55,075 bases of DNA, taken from the NCBI GenBank assembly GCA_964516625.1, contig CAZEXC010000001.1:1-55075 (forward strand), written 5' to 3'. The notes beneath the pieces are model-generated. The model did no database searches. It was not told the origin of the DNA and was given only the letters and a program-made list of their open reading frames with translations. The translations under genes and the position numbers were made by a program. This document shows positions 46,176 through 55,075 of the stretch, in pieces (position 1 is the first letter of the stretch; every line of letters starts with the position of its first letter). Source of the stretch: an uncultured Oscillospiraceae bacterium (GTDB lineage: Bacteria > Bacillota > Clostridia > Oscillospirales > Oscillospiraceae).

Positions 46176-46814
46176 ATGTTTGAATATTTAAGGGAAACGA
46201 TACGCGCCTATCAGGCTCGGGATCCCGCGGCCCGCAGCGCGTTTGAGATATGGCTGTATTATCCCGGCGTCAAGGCCGTCATGCGCCACCGGCGGGCGCA
46301 CTGGTGCTGGACGCACGGACTGAAATTCCTTGGCCGCGGGATCTCCCAGCGCACCCGCCGCATCACCGGCATCGAGATACACCCCGGCGCGACCGTGGGG
46401 CGGCGGCTCGTCATCGACCACGGCATGGGCGTCGTCATCGGAGAGACGACGGAGATAGGCGACGACGTGCTCCTTTATCAGTGCGTCACGCTGGGCGGAA
46501 CGGGAAAGGAGCACGGAAAGCGCCATCCCACCATCGGGAACAACGTGCTCATCGGCGCGGGCGCGAAGGTGCTCGGCCCCTTTACGGTGGGGGACAACAG
46601 CCGCATCGCCGCGAACGCCGTGGTGCTGTCGGAGGTGCCGCCGGACTCCACCGCCGTGGGCGTCCCGGCCAAGGTCGTTCGCATCGCCGGAGAAAAGGTC
46701 GATTATGCCGGAACGGTGGATCAGATAAGCGTCTCCGACCCGGTGACGCAGGAGATCGCGGCGCTGCGGGAGCAGCTTGAACGGCTCAGCCAAAATCTCA
46801 CGAAGGAGGAGTAA
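46176..46814 (+). CDS. cysE: Serine O-acetyltransferase
   Basis: 212-aa ORF with RDPAARS, YYPG and hexapeptide repeats (IHPGATVGRRLVIDHGMGVVIGETTEIGDDV). Confidence 0.92.
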   Translation: MFEYLRETIRAYQARDPAARSAFEIWLYYPGVKAVMRHRRAHWCWTHGLKFLGRGISQRTRRITGIEIHPGATVGRRLVIDHGMGVVIGETTEIGDDVLLYQCVTLGGTGKEHGKRHPTIGNNVLIGAGAKVLGPFTVGDNSRIAANAVVLSEVPPDSTAVGVPAKVVRIAGEKVDYAGTVDQISVSDPVTQEIAALREQLERLSQNLTKEE

Positions 46815-46817
46815 GCT

Positions 46818-48218
46818 ATGCGTTTTTACAATGATTTGACCATGCGCAAGGAGGAATTTGTCCCCATAGAGGAGGGAAAGGTGCGCATGTACTGCTGCGG
46901 CCCCACGGTGTATAACTATATCCATGTGGGGAACGCCCGGCCCATCATCATGTTCGACCTTCTGCGCCGGTATCTGGAGTACCGGGGCTATGAGGTGACG
47001 TACGTCCAGAACTTCACGGACGTGGACGACAAAATCATAAACCGCGCCCGGGAGGAGGGCATCTCCGCCGCCGAGGTCGCGGAAAAATATATCGCCGAAT
47101 ACTGGACGGATGTAAAGGGTCTCGGCGTCCGGGAGGCCACGGTTCACCCCAAAGCAACGGAGAATATCCCCCAGATCATCGAGCTTATCGAAACGCTCAT
47201 CGACAAGGGCTACGCCTATGAGGTTCAGGGAGACGTATATTACCGCACCCTGAAATTCAAGGACTACGGAAAGCTCAGCCACCAGAGCCTTGACGACCTG
47301 CAGGCCGGGGCCCGCATCGAGGTCAACGACGTCAAGGAAAACCCCATGGACTTTGCCCTCTGGAAGGCGGCAAAGCCCGGCGAACCGGCCTGGCAGTCCC
47401 CGTGGGGCATGGGGCGGCCCGGCTGGCACATCGAATGCTCCGCCATGTCCAACCGCTATCTCGGCAAGACCATCGACATCCACGCCGGCGGCAAGGATCT
47501 GACCTTCCCCCACCACGAAAACGAGATAGCCCAGTCCGAGGCGGCAAACGGCTGCACCTTCGTCAATTACTGGCTGCACAACGGCTTTATAAACGTGGAC
47601 AACAAAAAGATGTCGAAATCTCTCGGCAATTTCTTCACCGTCCGCGAGGCCGCCGGAGCCTATGGCTATGACTGCATCCGCCTGTTCATGCTCATGAGCC
47701 ATTACCGCTCGCCGCTGAACTATTCTCAGGACGTCCTTGAGCAGGCGCAGTCGGCTCTCGACCGGCTCCGTACCGCCAAGGAAAATCTGGACTTTTTTGC
47801 GGAAAACGGCCGGGACGGGGCGCTGTCCGAGTCGGACGCCGCGTTCGCGGCGGGGCTGGCAAAATACCGGGAGCGCTTTATCGAGGTCATGGACGACGAT
47901 TTCAACACCGCCGACGCCGTCTCCGTCATTTTTGAGCTCGTGCGGGACATAAACGCCGCCGTGTCCCCCGCCGCCGACCCCACAAAGGCGCTGGCGGAGA
48001 AATGCCGGGACATCTTCCTTGAGCTGTGCGGCGTGCTGGGCATACCTTTCGGACAGGAAGAGGATCTCGACGCGGAGATAGAAGAACGCATCGCCGCCCG
48101 TCAGGCCGCCCGCAGGGAGAAAAACTGGGCGGAGGCCGACCGCATCCGCGACGAGCTGAAGGCCCGCGGCATCCTCCTTGAGGATACGCCTCAGGGCGTA
48201 AAATGGCGCCGGGCGTGA
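46818..48218 (+). CDS. cysS: Cysteinyl-tRNA synthetase
   Basis: 466-aa ORF with CGPTVYNYIHVGNARP (HIGH variant) and KMSKSLGN. Confidence 0.95.
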   Translation: MRFYNDLTMRKEEFVPIEEGKVRMYCCGPTVYNYIHVGNARPIIMFDLLRRYLEYRGYEVTYVQNFTDVDDKIINRAREEGISAAEVAEKYIAEYWTDVKGLGVREATVHPKATENIPQIIELIETLIDKGYAYEVQGDVYYRTLKFKDYGKLSHQSLDDLQAGARIEVNDVKENPMDFALWKAAKPGEPAWQSPWGMGRPGWHIECSAMSNRYLGKTIDIHAGGKDLTFPHHENEIAQSEAANGCTFVNYWLHNGFINVDNKKMSKSLGNFFTVREAAGAYGYDCIRLFMLMSHYRSPLNYSQDVLEQAQSALDRLRTAKENLDFFAENGRDGALSESDAAFAAGLAKYRERFIEVMDDDFNTADAVSVIFELVRDINAAVSPAADPTKALAEKCRDIFLELCGVLGIPFGQEEDLDAEIEERIAARQAARREKNWAEADRIRDELKARGILLEDTPQGVKWRRA

Positions 48219-48249
48219 AAAAATATCCGCGCAGGCGGGGAAATCACGC

Positions 48250-48278
48250 TTGACAAGTCGAAGGGATCGCGGTATAGT
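48250..48278 (+). promoter_or_regulatory. Sigma-A type promoter of the trp operon
   Basis: TTGACA-17 nt-TATAGT. Confidence 0.65.
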
Positions 48279-48284
48279 AAATAA

Positions 48285-48598
48285 AAATTTCATACGCTGA
48301 ACGACCTGTTCAAACCGTTGACGCGGAGATAACGGTGACGATGCTCCCACAGAGAGTCCGCCTTGGCTGAGAGCGGATGGAAAACAAATCATCAAATGGA
48401 CCGCCGAGGGCGCGGGTGAAACCGCGGCGCGCAGCCGCGGGAGTATGTCGCGACGTGTGGGCATACGTCAGTTGCCGGGGGTATGTCGGTACCCTGCTAA
48501 GTGTGCGGCTCCGGCCGCAAATCAAGGTGGCACCGCGGATTTTTCAATTCGTCCTTGACAAAAAGCTTTACGCTTTGTCAGGGACGATTTTGCTTTCC
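48285..48598 (+). promoter_or_regulatory. T-box riboswitch leader, tryptophan-specific (specifier TGG 48397..48399)
   Basis: Elements are CCGTTGACGCGGAGATAACGG, CCACAGAGAG, GCTGAGAGCGG, specifier context AAA-TGG-A and T-box core AAGGTGGCACCGCGG (48524..48538). The terminator is CGTCCTTGACAAA...TTTGTCAGGGACG (48550..48586) followed by ATTTTGCTTT. Confidence 0.88.
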
Positions 48599-48618
48599 TG
48601 ACGGGAGAAAGAAGGGGT

Positions 48619-50082
48619 ATGATGATCTATCCGAAAATGGAGGATATCCAAAAGGCGGCCGCTTCCGGCGCGTACAGCATGGCGCCGGTGAGCATGGAAA
48701 TGCTCTCGGACGTGAAAACGCCGATAGAGGTTTTGCGGATACTGAAAAACGTGTCCGAGCACTGCTATATGCTGGAGTCCATGGAGGACAGCGAAAGGTG
48801 GGGGCGGTACACGTTTCTGGGCTACCAGCCGAAGCTTGAGATAACCTGCATAAACGGCAAAATGAAGGTGGGCGATCTGTCCTTCGAGACAGACGATCCC
48901 GGGCGGTACATCCTGCAGGTGCTGCAAGCCCATAAAAGCCCCCGCTTTGAGGGCCTCCCCGCCTTTACAGGCGGGCTCGTGGGCTATTTTTCCTATGATT
49001 ACCTGAAGTATTCCGAGCCGACGCTGCGGCTGGACGCGGAGGACACGGAGGGGTTCAAGGACGTGGATCTGATGCTGTTCGATAAGGTCATCGCCTTTGA
49101 CAACTACCGCCAGAAGCTGATCCTCATCGTCAACATCTCGCTGGAGAACGTGGAGACGGAATACAACCGCGCCGTGATGGAGCTGCAGCAAATGGCGGAG
49201 CTCATTTACAGCGGCGCGCCCCGGAAGGACGTGCCGGGACGGCTCCTGTCGGAGATAACCCCCCTGTTCGGCAAGCAGACCTACTGCGGCATGGTGGAAC
49301 GCGCGAAGCGCCACATCCGGGAGGGCGATATCTTTCAGGTCGTCCTGTCCAACCGTCTGGAGGCGCGGTACGAGGGGACGCTCCTGAACACCTATCGGGT
49401 GCTGCGGACGCTCAATCCCTCGCCGTATATGTTTTATTTCTCCAGCTCCGATATGGAGGTGGCCGGCGCGTCGCCGGAGACGCTCGTGAAGCTGGAAAAC
49501 GGCGTTTTGCACACGTTTCCTCTGGCGGGCACGCGCCCCCGGGGCGGCACCGAGGAGGAGGATCGCCGTCTGGAGCGGGAGCTTCTCGCGGATCCGAAGG
49601 AGCTTGCCGAGCACAATATGCTGGTGGATCTCGGGCGAAACGACCTCGGCAAGATAAGCCGCTTCGGAAGCGTGAGCGTGGAAAAATACCACTCCATCGA
49701 GAAATATTCCCACGTCATGCACATCGGCTCCACCGTCCGCGGGGAGCTGGCGGAGGGCAAAACAGCGCTGGACGCCGTGGACGCCGTCCTCCCGGCGGGG
49801 ACGCTCTCCGGCGCGCCGAAGCTGCGCGCCTGCCAGCTCATAAACGACATCGAAAACAACAAGCGGGGCATTTACGGCGGCGCCATCGGGTATCTGGACT
49901 TCACCGGGAACCTTGACACCTGCATCGCCATCCGCATCGCCTACAAGAAAAACGGCAGGGTATTTATCCGCAGCGGCGCGGGCATCGTGGCGGACTCCGT
50001 GCCGGAAACAGAGCATCAGGAGTGCCTGAACAAGGCCGCGGCGGTGGTCAAAGCCCTGCAAATGGCGGAGGAGGTGCGGTGA
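48619..50082 (+). CDS. trpE: Anthranilate synthase component I
   Basis: 487-aa ORF of the chorismate-binding enzyme family (LESMEDSERWGRY, GTLSGAPK, GIYGGAIGY), first gene after the T-box. Confidence 0.95.
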   Translation: MMIYPKMEDIQKAAASGAYSMAPVSMEMLSDVKTPIEVLRILKNVSEHCYMLESMEDSERWGRYTFLGYQPKLEITCINGKMKVGDLSFETDDPGRYILQVLQAHKSPRFEGLPAFTGGLVGYFSYDYLKYSEPTLRLDAEDTEGFKDVDLMLFDKVIAFDNYRQKLILIVNISLENVETEYNRAVMELQQMAELIYSGAPRKDVPGRLLSEITPLFGKQTYCGMVERAKRHIREGDIFQVVLSNRLEARYEGTLLNTYRVLRTLNPSPYMFYFSSSDMEVAGASPETLVKLENGVLHTFPLAGTRPRGGTEEEDRRLERELLADPKELAEHNMLVDLGRNDLGKISRFGSVSVEKYHSIEKYSHVMHIGSTVRGELAEGKTALDAVDAVLPAGTLSGAPKLRACQLINDIENNKRGIYGGAIGYLDFTGNLDTCIAIRIAYKKNGRVFIRSGAGIVADSVPETEHQECLNKAAAVVKALQMAEEVR

Positions 50083-50666
50083 TGATACTGCTTGTCGATA
50101 ACTATGACAGCTTTTCCTATAATCTCTATCAGCTCGTAGGCTCTCTCGACCCGGATATCCGGGTCATTCGGAACGACGCCATGACGCCGGAGGAGATCGA
50201 AGCCCTGCGGCCCAAGGCCATCATCCTCTCCCCCGGGCCGGGCAAGCCGGAGGACGCGGGCGTCTGCGTAGACGTGGTGAAAAAGCTCGGCGCCAAAACG
50301 CCCATCCTCGGCGTGTGCCTTGGCCATCAGGCCATATGCGTCGCTTACGGGGCCACGGTCTCCTACGCCAAAACGCTCATGCACGGAAAGCAGTCCGCCG
50401 TCAGGCTCGACAGGGAATGTAAGCTGTTCGCGGGCTGCCCGGAGACGGTTCCCGTCGCCCGGTATCACTCTCTGTCCGTCGTCGGGGACACGCTGCCCGA
50501 CACGCTCCCGGCGGCGGCGTGGGCGGACGACGGGGAGATTATGGCCGTGCGCCGCCGGGACTGCGACGTTTACGGCGTGCAGTTCCACCCGGAATCCATC
50601 ATGACGCCGGACGGCCGGCAAATGATCCAGAATTTTTTAAAAATTGCGGAGGAAAAGAAAGTATGA
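50082..50666 (+). CDS. trpG: Anthranilate synthase component II (glutamine amidotransferase)
   Basis: The ORF-track entry was trimmed to [19 protein letters not shown] (194 aa). It has the GATase triad motifs GVCLGHQ and FHPES. Its start overlaps the trpE stop by 1 nt. Confidence 0.94.
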   Translation: MILLVDNYDSFSYNLYQLVGSLDPDIRVIRNDAMTPEEIEALRPKAIILSPGPGKPEDAGVCVDVVKKLGAKTPILGVCLGHQAICVAYGATVSYAKTLMHGKQSAVRLDRECKLFAGCPETVPVARYHSLSVVGDTLPDTLPAAAWADDGEIMAVRRRDCDVYGVQFHPESIMTPDGRQMIQNFLKIAEEKKV

Positions 50667-51682
50667 TTCGCGAAGCCATCATAAAGATAGTTGACAAGCA
50701 GGATCTCACCTATGACGAGGCGTACGCCGTGATGAACGAGATCATGGACGGCGAGACCAGCCAGACCCAGAACGCGGCGTTTCTGGCGGCGCTGTCCACC
50801 AAGAGCACAAAAGCCGAGACCATCGACGAAATATCCGGCTGCGCCGCGGCCATGCGCGACCACGCCGTCAGGGTGGAGCACGATATGGACGTCATGGAGA
50901 TCGTCGGCACCGGCGGCGACGGCGCGCAAAGCTTCAATATCTCCACCACCTCGGCCCTTGTGGCGGCGGCGGGCGGCGTAAAAATCGCCAAGCACGGCAA
51001 CCGCGCGGCGTCCTCCCGGTGCGGCACGGCAGACTGTCTGGAGGCGCTGGGCGTGAACCTCGACCAGTCCCCGGAAGCGTGCGTCCGGCTCCTGAAGGAC
51101 GCAGGCATATGCTTCCTCTTCGCGCAGAAGTACCACACGTCCATGAAATATGTCGGCGGCATCCGCAAGGAGCTCGGCATCCGCACGGTGTTCAATATCC
51201 TCGGCCCGCTCACGAACCCCGCGAGCCCGGCGTTCCAGCTTCTCGGCGTCTATGACCCGTCCCTTGTGGAGCCGCTCGCCAGAGTGCTGACGAGCCTTGG
51301 CGTAAGGCGCGGCATGGCGGTCTACGGTCAGGACAGGCTCGATGAAATATCCGCCAGCGCGCCTACGTCCGTCTGCGAGCTGGATAACGGACAGTACCGC
51401 GCCTATGAGATATGCCCGGAGGATTTTGGGCTGGCGCGGTGCCGGAAATCCGACCTCACCGGCGGGACGCCGGAGGAAAACGCCCGGATCACCCGCGCCG
51501 TCCTGTCCGGCGAGCCCGGCGGAAAGCGAACAGCCGTCCTCCTGAACGCCGGCGCGGCTCTGTATATCGCGGGGAAGGCGGACACGATCGCCGAGGGCGT
51601 AAAGCGCGCCGGGGAGCTCATTGATTCCGGCGCGGCCCTGCGTACCCTCGAGCGGTTCATCGCCGCGTCGAACGAGGGATGA
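50663..51682 (+). CDS. trpD: Anthranilate phosphoribosyltransferase
   Basis: Trimmed to [20 protein letters not shown] (339 aa), with GTGGDG and KHGNRAASS motifs. ATGA overlaps the trpG stop. Confidence 0.94.
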   Translation: MIREAIIKIVDKQDLTYDEAYAVMNEIMDGETSQTQNAAFLAALSTKSTKAETIDEISGCAAAMRDHAVRVEHDMDVMEIVGTGGDGAQSFNISTTSALVAAAGGVKIAKHGNRAASSRCGTADCLEALGVNLDQSPEACVRLLKDAGICFLFAQKYHTSMKYVGGIRKELGIRTVFNILGPLTNPASPAFQLLGVYDPSLVEPLARVLTSLGVRRGMAVYGQDRLDEISASAPTSVCELDNGQYRAYEICPEDFGLARCRKSDLTGGTPEENARITRAVLSGEPGGKRTAVLLNAGAALYIAGKADTIAEGVKRAGELIDSGAALRTLERFIAASNEG

Positions 51683-51686
51683 CCGT

Positions 51687-52478
51687 ATGGCGTCCATACT
51701 CGACACCATCGCCGATCACGCCCGCCAGCGGGTCCGGCAGGCGGCGGAGGAGGTTCCTCTCGACGCATTGAAAGCGCTCTGCCGGGACGCCGGACGGGCG
51801 GACGGGAAGCGTTTTCTCGCGGCGCTGAAAAGGCCCGGCGTCAGCTTCATCTGCGAGGTGAAAAAGGCCTCCCCCTCGAAAGGGGTCATATCCCCGGATT
51901 TCCCGTATAGGCAGATCGCGGAGGACTACGAGAGGGCGGGGGCGGACTGCATCTCCTGCCTTACGGAGCCGAAATGGTTCCTCGGCTCGGACGATATCTT
52001 CCGCGAGATACGCGCGGCGGTGAAGACCCCCATGCTGCGAAAGGACTTCGTCGTAGACGAATACCAGCTCTATGAGGCCGGGCTCATGGGCGCGGACGCG
52101 GTGCTCCTTATCTGCGGGATACTCGGCACGGAGACGCTCGCGCGGTATCTGGAGATCTGCGACGCGCTCGGCCTTGCCGCGTTGGTGGAGGCGCATGATA
52201 AAGCGGAGATCGCCTCCGCCGTTTCCGTCGGCGCGGAGATGATCGGCGTCAACAACCGGGATCTGAAGGATTTTTCCGTGGATTTCACAAACGCCCGGCG
52301 TCTGCGGGACAGCGTTCCGCCGGGGAAGGTCTATGTGGCGGAATCCGGCGTGCGCCGGCCGGAGGACGCGGCGGCGGTGAAGGCCGCCGGAGCCGACGCG
52401 GCGCTGGTGGGCGAGATGCTCATGCGCGCGCCGGACAAGGGCGCGGCGCTGGCGGCGCTCCGCGAGGCGGCAAAATGA
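51687..52478 (+). CDS. trpC: Indole-3-glycerol phosphate synthase
   Basis: Trimmed to MASILDTIADHARQRV (263 aa), with ICEVKKASPSKG and LVEAHD motifs. Confidence 0.93.
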   Translation: MASILDTIADHARQRVRQAAEEVPLDALKALCRDAGRADGKRFLAALKRPGVSFICEVKKASPSKGVISPDFPYRQIAEDYERAGADCISCLTEPKWFLGSDDIFREIRAAVKTPMLRKDFVVDEYQLYEAGLMGADAVLLICGILGTETLARYLEICDALGLAALVEAHDKAEIASAVSVGAEMIGVNNRDLKDFSVDFTNARRLRDSVPPGKVYVAESGVRRPEDAAAVKAAGADAALVGEMLMRAPDKGAALAALREAAK

Positions 52479-53086
52479 AGCCGGTGCGGGTAAAGATATG
52501 CGGTCTGTCCCGCGCCGCCGATATCGAGGCGGTGAACCGCGTAAAGCCGGACTACTGCGGCTTTGTCGCGGAGTTTCCCAAAAGCCGCCGGAGCGTGTCC
52601 GCCGACAGGCTCCGGGCGCTCCGGGCGGAGCTGGACGACGCCGTCGCGCCGGTGGGCGTTTTCGTGGACGCGCCCCCCGCGCTGGTGGCGGGGCTTTTAA
52701 ACGACGGGACGCTCGCCGCCGCCCAGCTCCACGGAAGCGAGGACGCGGCCTATATCGCCGCCCTGCGCGCGCTGACCGGCGGTACGGTATGGCAGGCGTT
52801 CCGGGTTCGCTCGGCGGCGGACGTCGCCCGGGCGGCGGAAAGCTGCGCGGACTTTGTGCTTCTGGACGCGGGGCAGGGCTGCGGGAAGGTCTTCGACTGG
52901 CGGCTTTTGCGGGGGTTCCCGCGGCCCTTTGGCCTTGCGGGGGGACTTACGCCCGACGCCGTCCCCGCCGCGCTGGAAACGGGAGCCGCGCTGCTGGACG
53001 TGTCCGGCGGCGTGGAGACGGACGGGCGGAAGGATCCGGGAAAAATCAGGGATTTTGTGGAACGTGTCCGTTCCGCTTGCGTATAG
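52475..53086 (+). CDS. trpF: Phosphoribosylanthranilate isomerase
   Basis: 203-aa ORF with N-terminus VKICGL and QLHG. ATGA overlaps the trpC stop. Confidence 0.9.
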   Translation: MKPVRVKICGLSRAADIEAVNRVKPDYCGFVAEFPKSRRSVSADRLRALRAELDDAVAPVGVFVDAPPALVAGLLNDGTLAAAQLHGSEDAAYIAALRALTGGTVWQAFRVRSAADVARAAESCADFVLLDAGQGCGKVFDWRLLRGFPRPFGLAGGLTPDAVPAALETGAALLDVSGGVETDGRKDPGKIRDFVERVRSACV

Positions 53087-53102
53087 GAGGAAAAAACGGC
53101 AT

Positions 53103-54293
53103 ATGGAAAACAGGAACGGGCGCTTCGGCGTCCACGGCGGGCAGTATATCCCCGAGACGCTCATGAACGCCGTGACAGAGCTGGAGGACGCGTACGAGCG
53201 CTGTAAAAACGACCCGGACTTCCGTCGGGAGCTGGCGGCGCTTTTCAGCGACTACGCGGGGCGGCCCAGCCGCCTGTACTTCGCGGGGAGGATGACGGAG
53301 GATCTTGGCGGCGCGAGGATATATTTGAAGCGCGAGGATCTCAACCACACCGGCGCGCATAAGATAAACAACGCCCTCGGTCAGGCGCTCCTTGCCAAAA
53401 AAATGGGAAAGACCCGCCTCATCGCGGAGACCGGCGCGGGGCAGCACGGCGTCGCCACCGCCACGGCCGCGGCCCTGCTGGGTATGCAGTGCGTGGTCTT
53501 CATGGGCCGGAAGGACATGGAGCGTCAGGCGCTGAACGTCTACCGTATGCGGCTTCTGGGCGCGGAGGTCGTCCCGGTCACCACCGGCACGGCCACGCTC
53601 AAGGACGCGGTATCCGAGGCCATGCGCGAGTGGACGAGCCGCATCGACGATACCCATTACTGCCTCGGATCGGTCATGGGGCCGCACCCGTTCCCCACCA
53701 TCGTGCGGGATTTTCAGGCCGTGATATCGAAGGAGATAAAGGAGCAGATTCTGGAAAAGGAGGGGCGTCTGCCGGACGCGGTGATAGCCTGCGTGGGCGG
53801 CGGGAGCAACGCCATCGGCGCGTTTTACCACTTCATCGACGAGCCCTCCGTGCGGCTGATCGGCTGCGAGGCCGCCGGGCGCGGCATCGACACGCCCGAG
53901 ACGGCGGCTACCATCAGCACCGGGCGTCTCGGCATCTTCCACGGCATGAAATCCTACTTCTGTCAGGACGAGTACGGGCAGATCGCCCCGGTCTATTCCA
54001 TCTCCGCCGGGCTCGATTACCCCGGCGTCGGCCCGGAGCACGCATGGCTGCACGATACAGGCCGGGCGGAATACGTCGCCGTGACGGACGAGGAGGCGGT
54101 AAACGCGTTCGAGTATTTGAGCCGCACGGAGGGCATCATCCCCGCCATCGAGTCGGCCCACGCCGTGGCCCGCGCCATGACGCTGGCTCCCGAAATGGGA
54201 AGGGACAGGATCATCGTCGTCAACCTTTCCGGCCGGGGCGATAAGGACTGCGCCGCCATCGCGCGCTATCGGGGGGAGGATATCCATGAGTAA
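53103..54293 (+). CDS. trpB: Tryptophan synthase beta chain
   Basis: Trimmed to [21 protein letters not shown] (396 aa), with PLP motif HTGAHKINN and GGGSNAIG. Confidence 0.96.
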   Translation: MENRNGRFGVHGGQYIPETLMNAVTELEDAYERCKNDPDFRRELAALFSDYAGRPSRLYFAGRMTEDLGGARIYLKREDLNHTGAHKINNALGQALLAKKMGKTRLIAETGAGQHGVATATAAALLGMQCVVFMGRKDMERQALNVYRMRLLGAEVVPVTTGTATLKDAVSEAMREWTSRIDDTHYCLGSVMGPHPFPTIVRDFQAVISKEIKEQILEKEGRLPDAVIACVGGGSNAIGAFYHFIDEPSVRLIGCEAAGRGIDTPETAATISTGRLGIFHGMKSYFCQDEYGQIAPVYSISAGLDYPGVGPEHAWLHDTGRAEYVAVTDEEAVNAFEYLSRTEGIIPAIESAHAVARAMTLAPEMGRDRIIVVNLSGRGDKDCAAIARYRGEDIHE

Positions 54294-55059
54294 CATCCAA
54301 AAAGCGTTTCAAAACGGCAAGGCCTTCATCCCTTTCGTCACCTGCGGCGACCCGGATCTTGAAACCACGGAAAAGCTCGTTTGCGCCATGGCCTCGAACG
54401 GCGCGGATCTGATCGAGCTCGGCATCCCCTTTTCCGACCCGACCGCCGAGGGGCCGGTCATTCAGGAGGCGAACCTCCGGGCCCTGTCCGGCGGCGTGAC
54501 GACGGACAGGATATTCGACATGGTGCGCTCCCTGCGCCGGGAGGTGAAAACGCCCATGGTGTTCATGACCTACGCAAACGTCGTCTATTCCTACGGCATC
54601 GAGCGCTTTGCCGGGGCTGCCGCGAAGATTGGCATGGACGGCCTTATCCTGCCGGACGTCCCCTTTGAGGAAAAGGAGGAATTTGCCCCCGCCTGCCGGG
54701 AAAACGGGCTGGAGCTCATAAGCCTTATCGCCCCCACATCCCGCGAGCGCGTCGAGAAGATTGCCCGAAACGCGGAGGGGTTCGTGTACTGCGTGTCGTC
54801 CCTCGGCGTCACCGGCGTCCGCAGGGACATCACCACGGACGTCGGCGCGATGACGGCGCTCGTCCGCAAGGCAAACCCCGCCGTCCCCTGCGCCGTCGGC
54901 TTCGGCATCTCCACCCCGGAGCAGGCCGCCCATATGGCGCAGCTTGCCGACGGCGTCATCATCGGCTCCGCCATCGTAAAGCAGGTCGCGCAGTATGGCC
55001 GCGCCGCCGCCGCGCCCGTGGCGGAATACACCGCCCGGATAAAAAAGGCCATAAGCTGA
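54286..55059 (+). CDS. trpA: Tryptophan synthase alpha chain
   Basis: 257-aa ORF with [27 protein letters not shown] and GFGIS motifs. It overlaps the trpB stop by 8 nt. Confidence 0.95.
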   Translation: MSNIQKAFQNGKAFIPFVTCGDPDLETTEKLVCAMASNGADLIELGIPFSDPTAEGPVIQEANLRALSGGVTTDRIFDMVRSLRREVKTPMVFMTYANVVYSYGIERFAGAAAKIGMDGLILPDVPFEEKEEFAPACRENGLELISLIAPTSRERVEKIARNAEGFVYCVSSLGVTGVRRDITTDVGAMTALVRKANPAVPCAVGFGISTPEQAAHMAQLADGVIIGSAIVKQVAQYGRAAAAPVAEYTARIKKAIS

Positions 55060-55075
55060 CCGGCGGACAGGAAAA

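Noticed and set aside
1-55075. Looked across the whole window for CRISPR repeats, IS or transposase genes, integrases, phage genes, toxin-antitoxin pairs, defence-system ATPases or nucleases, and tRNA, rRNA or tmRNA genes.
   Set aside because: I found none. Every ORF of credible composition is accounted for by housekeeping or sporulation functions or the few unknown lipoproteins listed. Apart from the 550-bp alaX/importer spacer (17609..18159) and the 400-bp cysS-trpE spacer (48219..48618), which the T-box leaders and their promoters account for, no intergenic gap exceeds about 235 bp.

Overview
GC-rich chromosomal segment that looks like a spore-forming Clostridia genome (Oscillospiraceae/Ruminococcaceae-like; taxonomy is inferred). 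It spans the replication-origin neighbourhood. I can support about 50 protein genes, nearly all core housekeeping. From left to right: a gerA-type germinant receptor operon in A-C-B order, a repeat lipoprotein, a GH13 alpha-glucosidase, rpsT, gpr, soj-spo0J preceded by two perfect parS sites, serS, an orphan ornithine carbamoyltransferase, an MBL hydrolase, a hydroxysteroid-dehydrogenase-like SDR with an NTF2-like partner, an ABC importer behind a Trp-specific T-box, alaX, and a SCIFF peptide with its radical-SAM maturase and a PLP decarboxylase. Then come a lipoprotein, mfd, dnaA-dnaN-recF-remB-gyrB-gyrA-rnhA, ilvE, a lipoprotein plus OmpR/HK module, DUF1385-prmC, recA-recX, rimO, cysE-cysS, and a complete trpEGDCFBA operon behind a second Trp T-box. 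I found no rRNA, tRNA, CRISPR array, IS element, prophage or obvious defence genes. I did not find a convincing wholly new multi-gene system. The observations most worth a second look are: (1) the two homologous Trp T-box leaders that couple an uncharacterised ABC importer to trp biosynthesis and share an unexplained 9-mer at their 5' ends; (2) the tandem parS pair abutting the soj promoter; (3) a 48-aa SCIFF precursor gene absent from the ORF track; (4) the non-canonical mfd|dnaA origin junction; (5) a repeat-lipoprotein/two-component module with GTAAC repeats in its promoter. The many long antisense ORFs in the track are codon-register shadow ORFs and are rejected.
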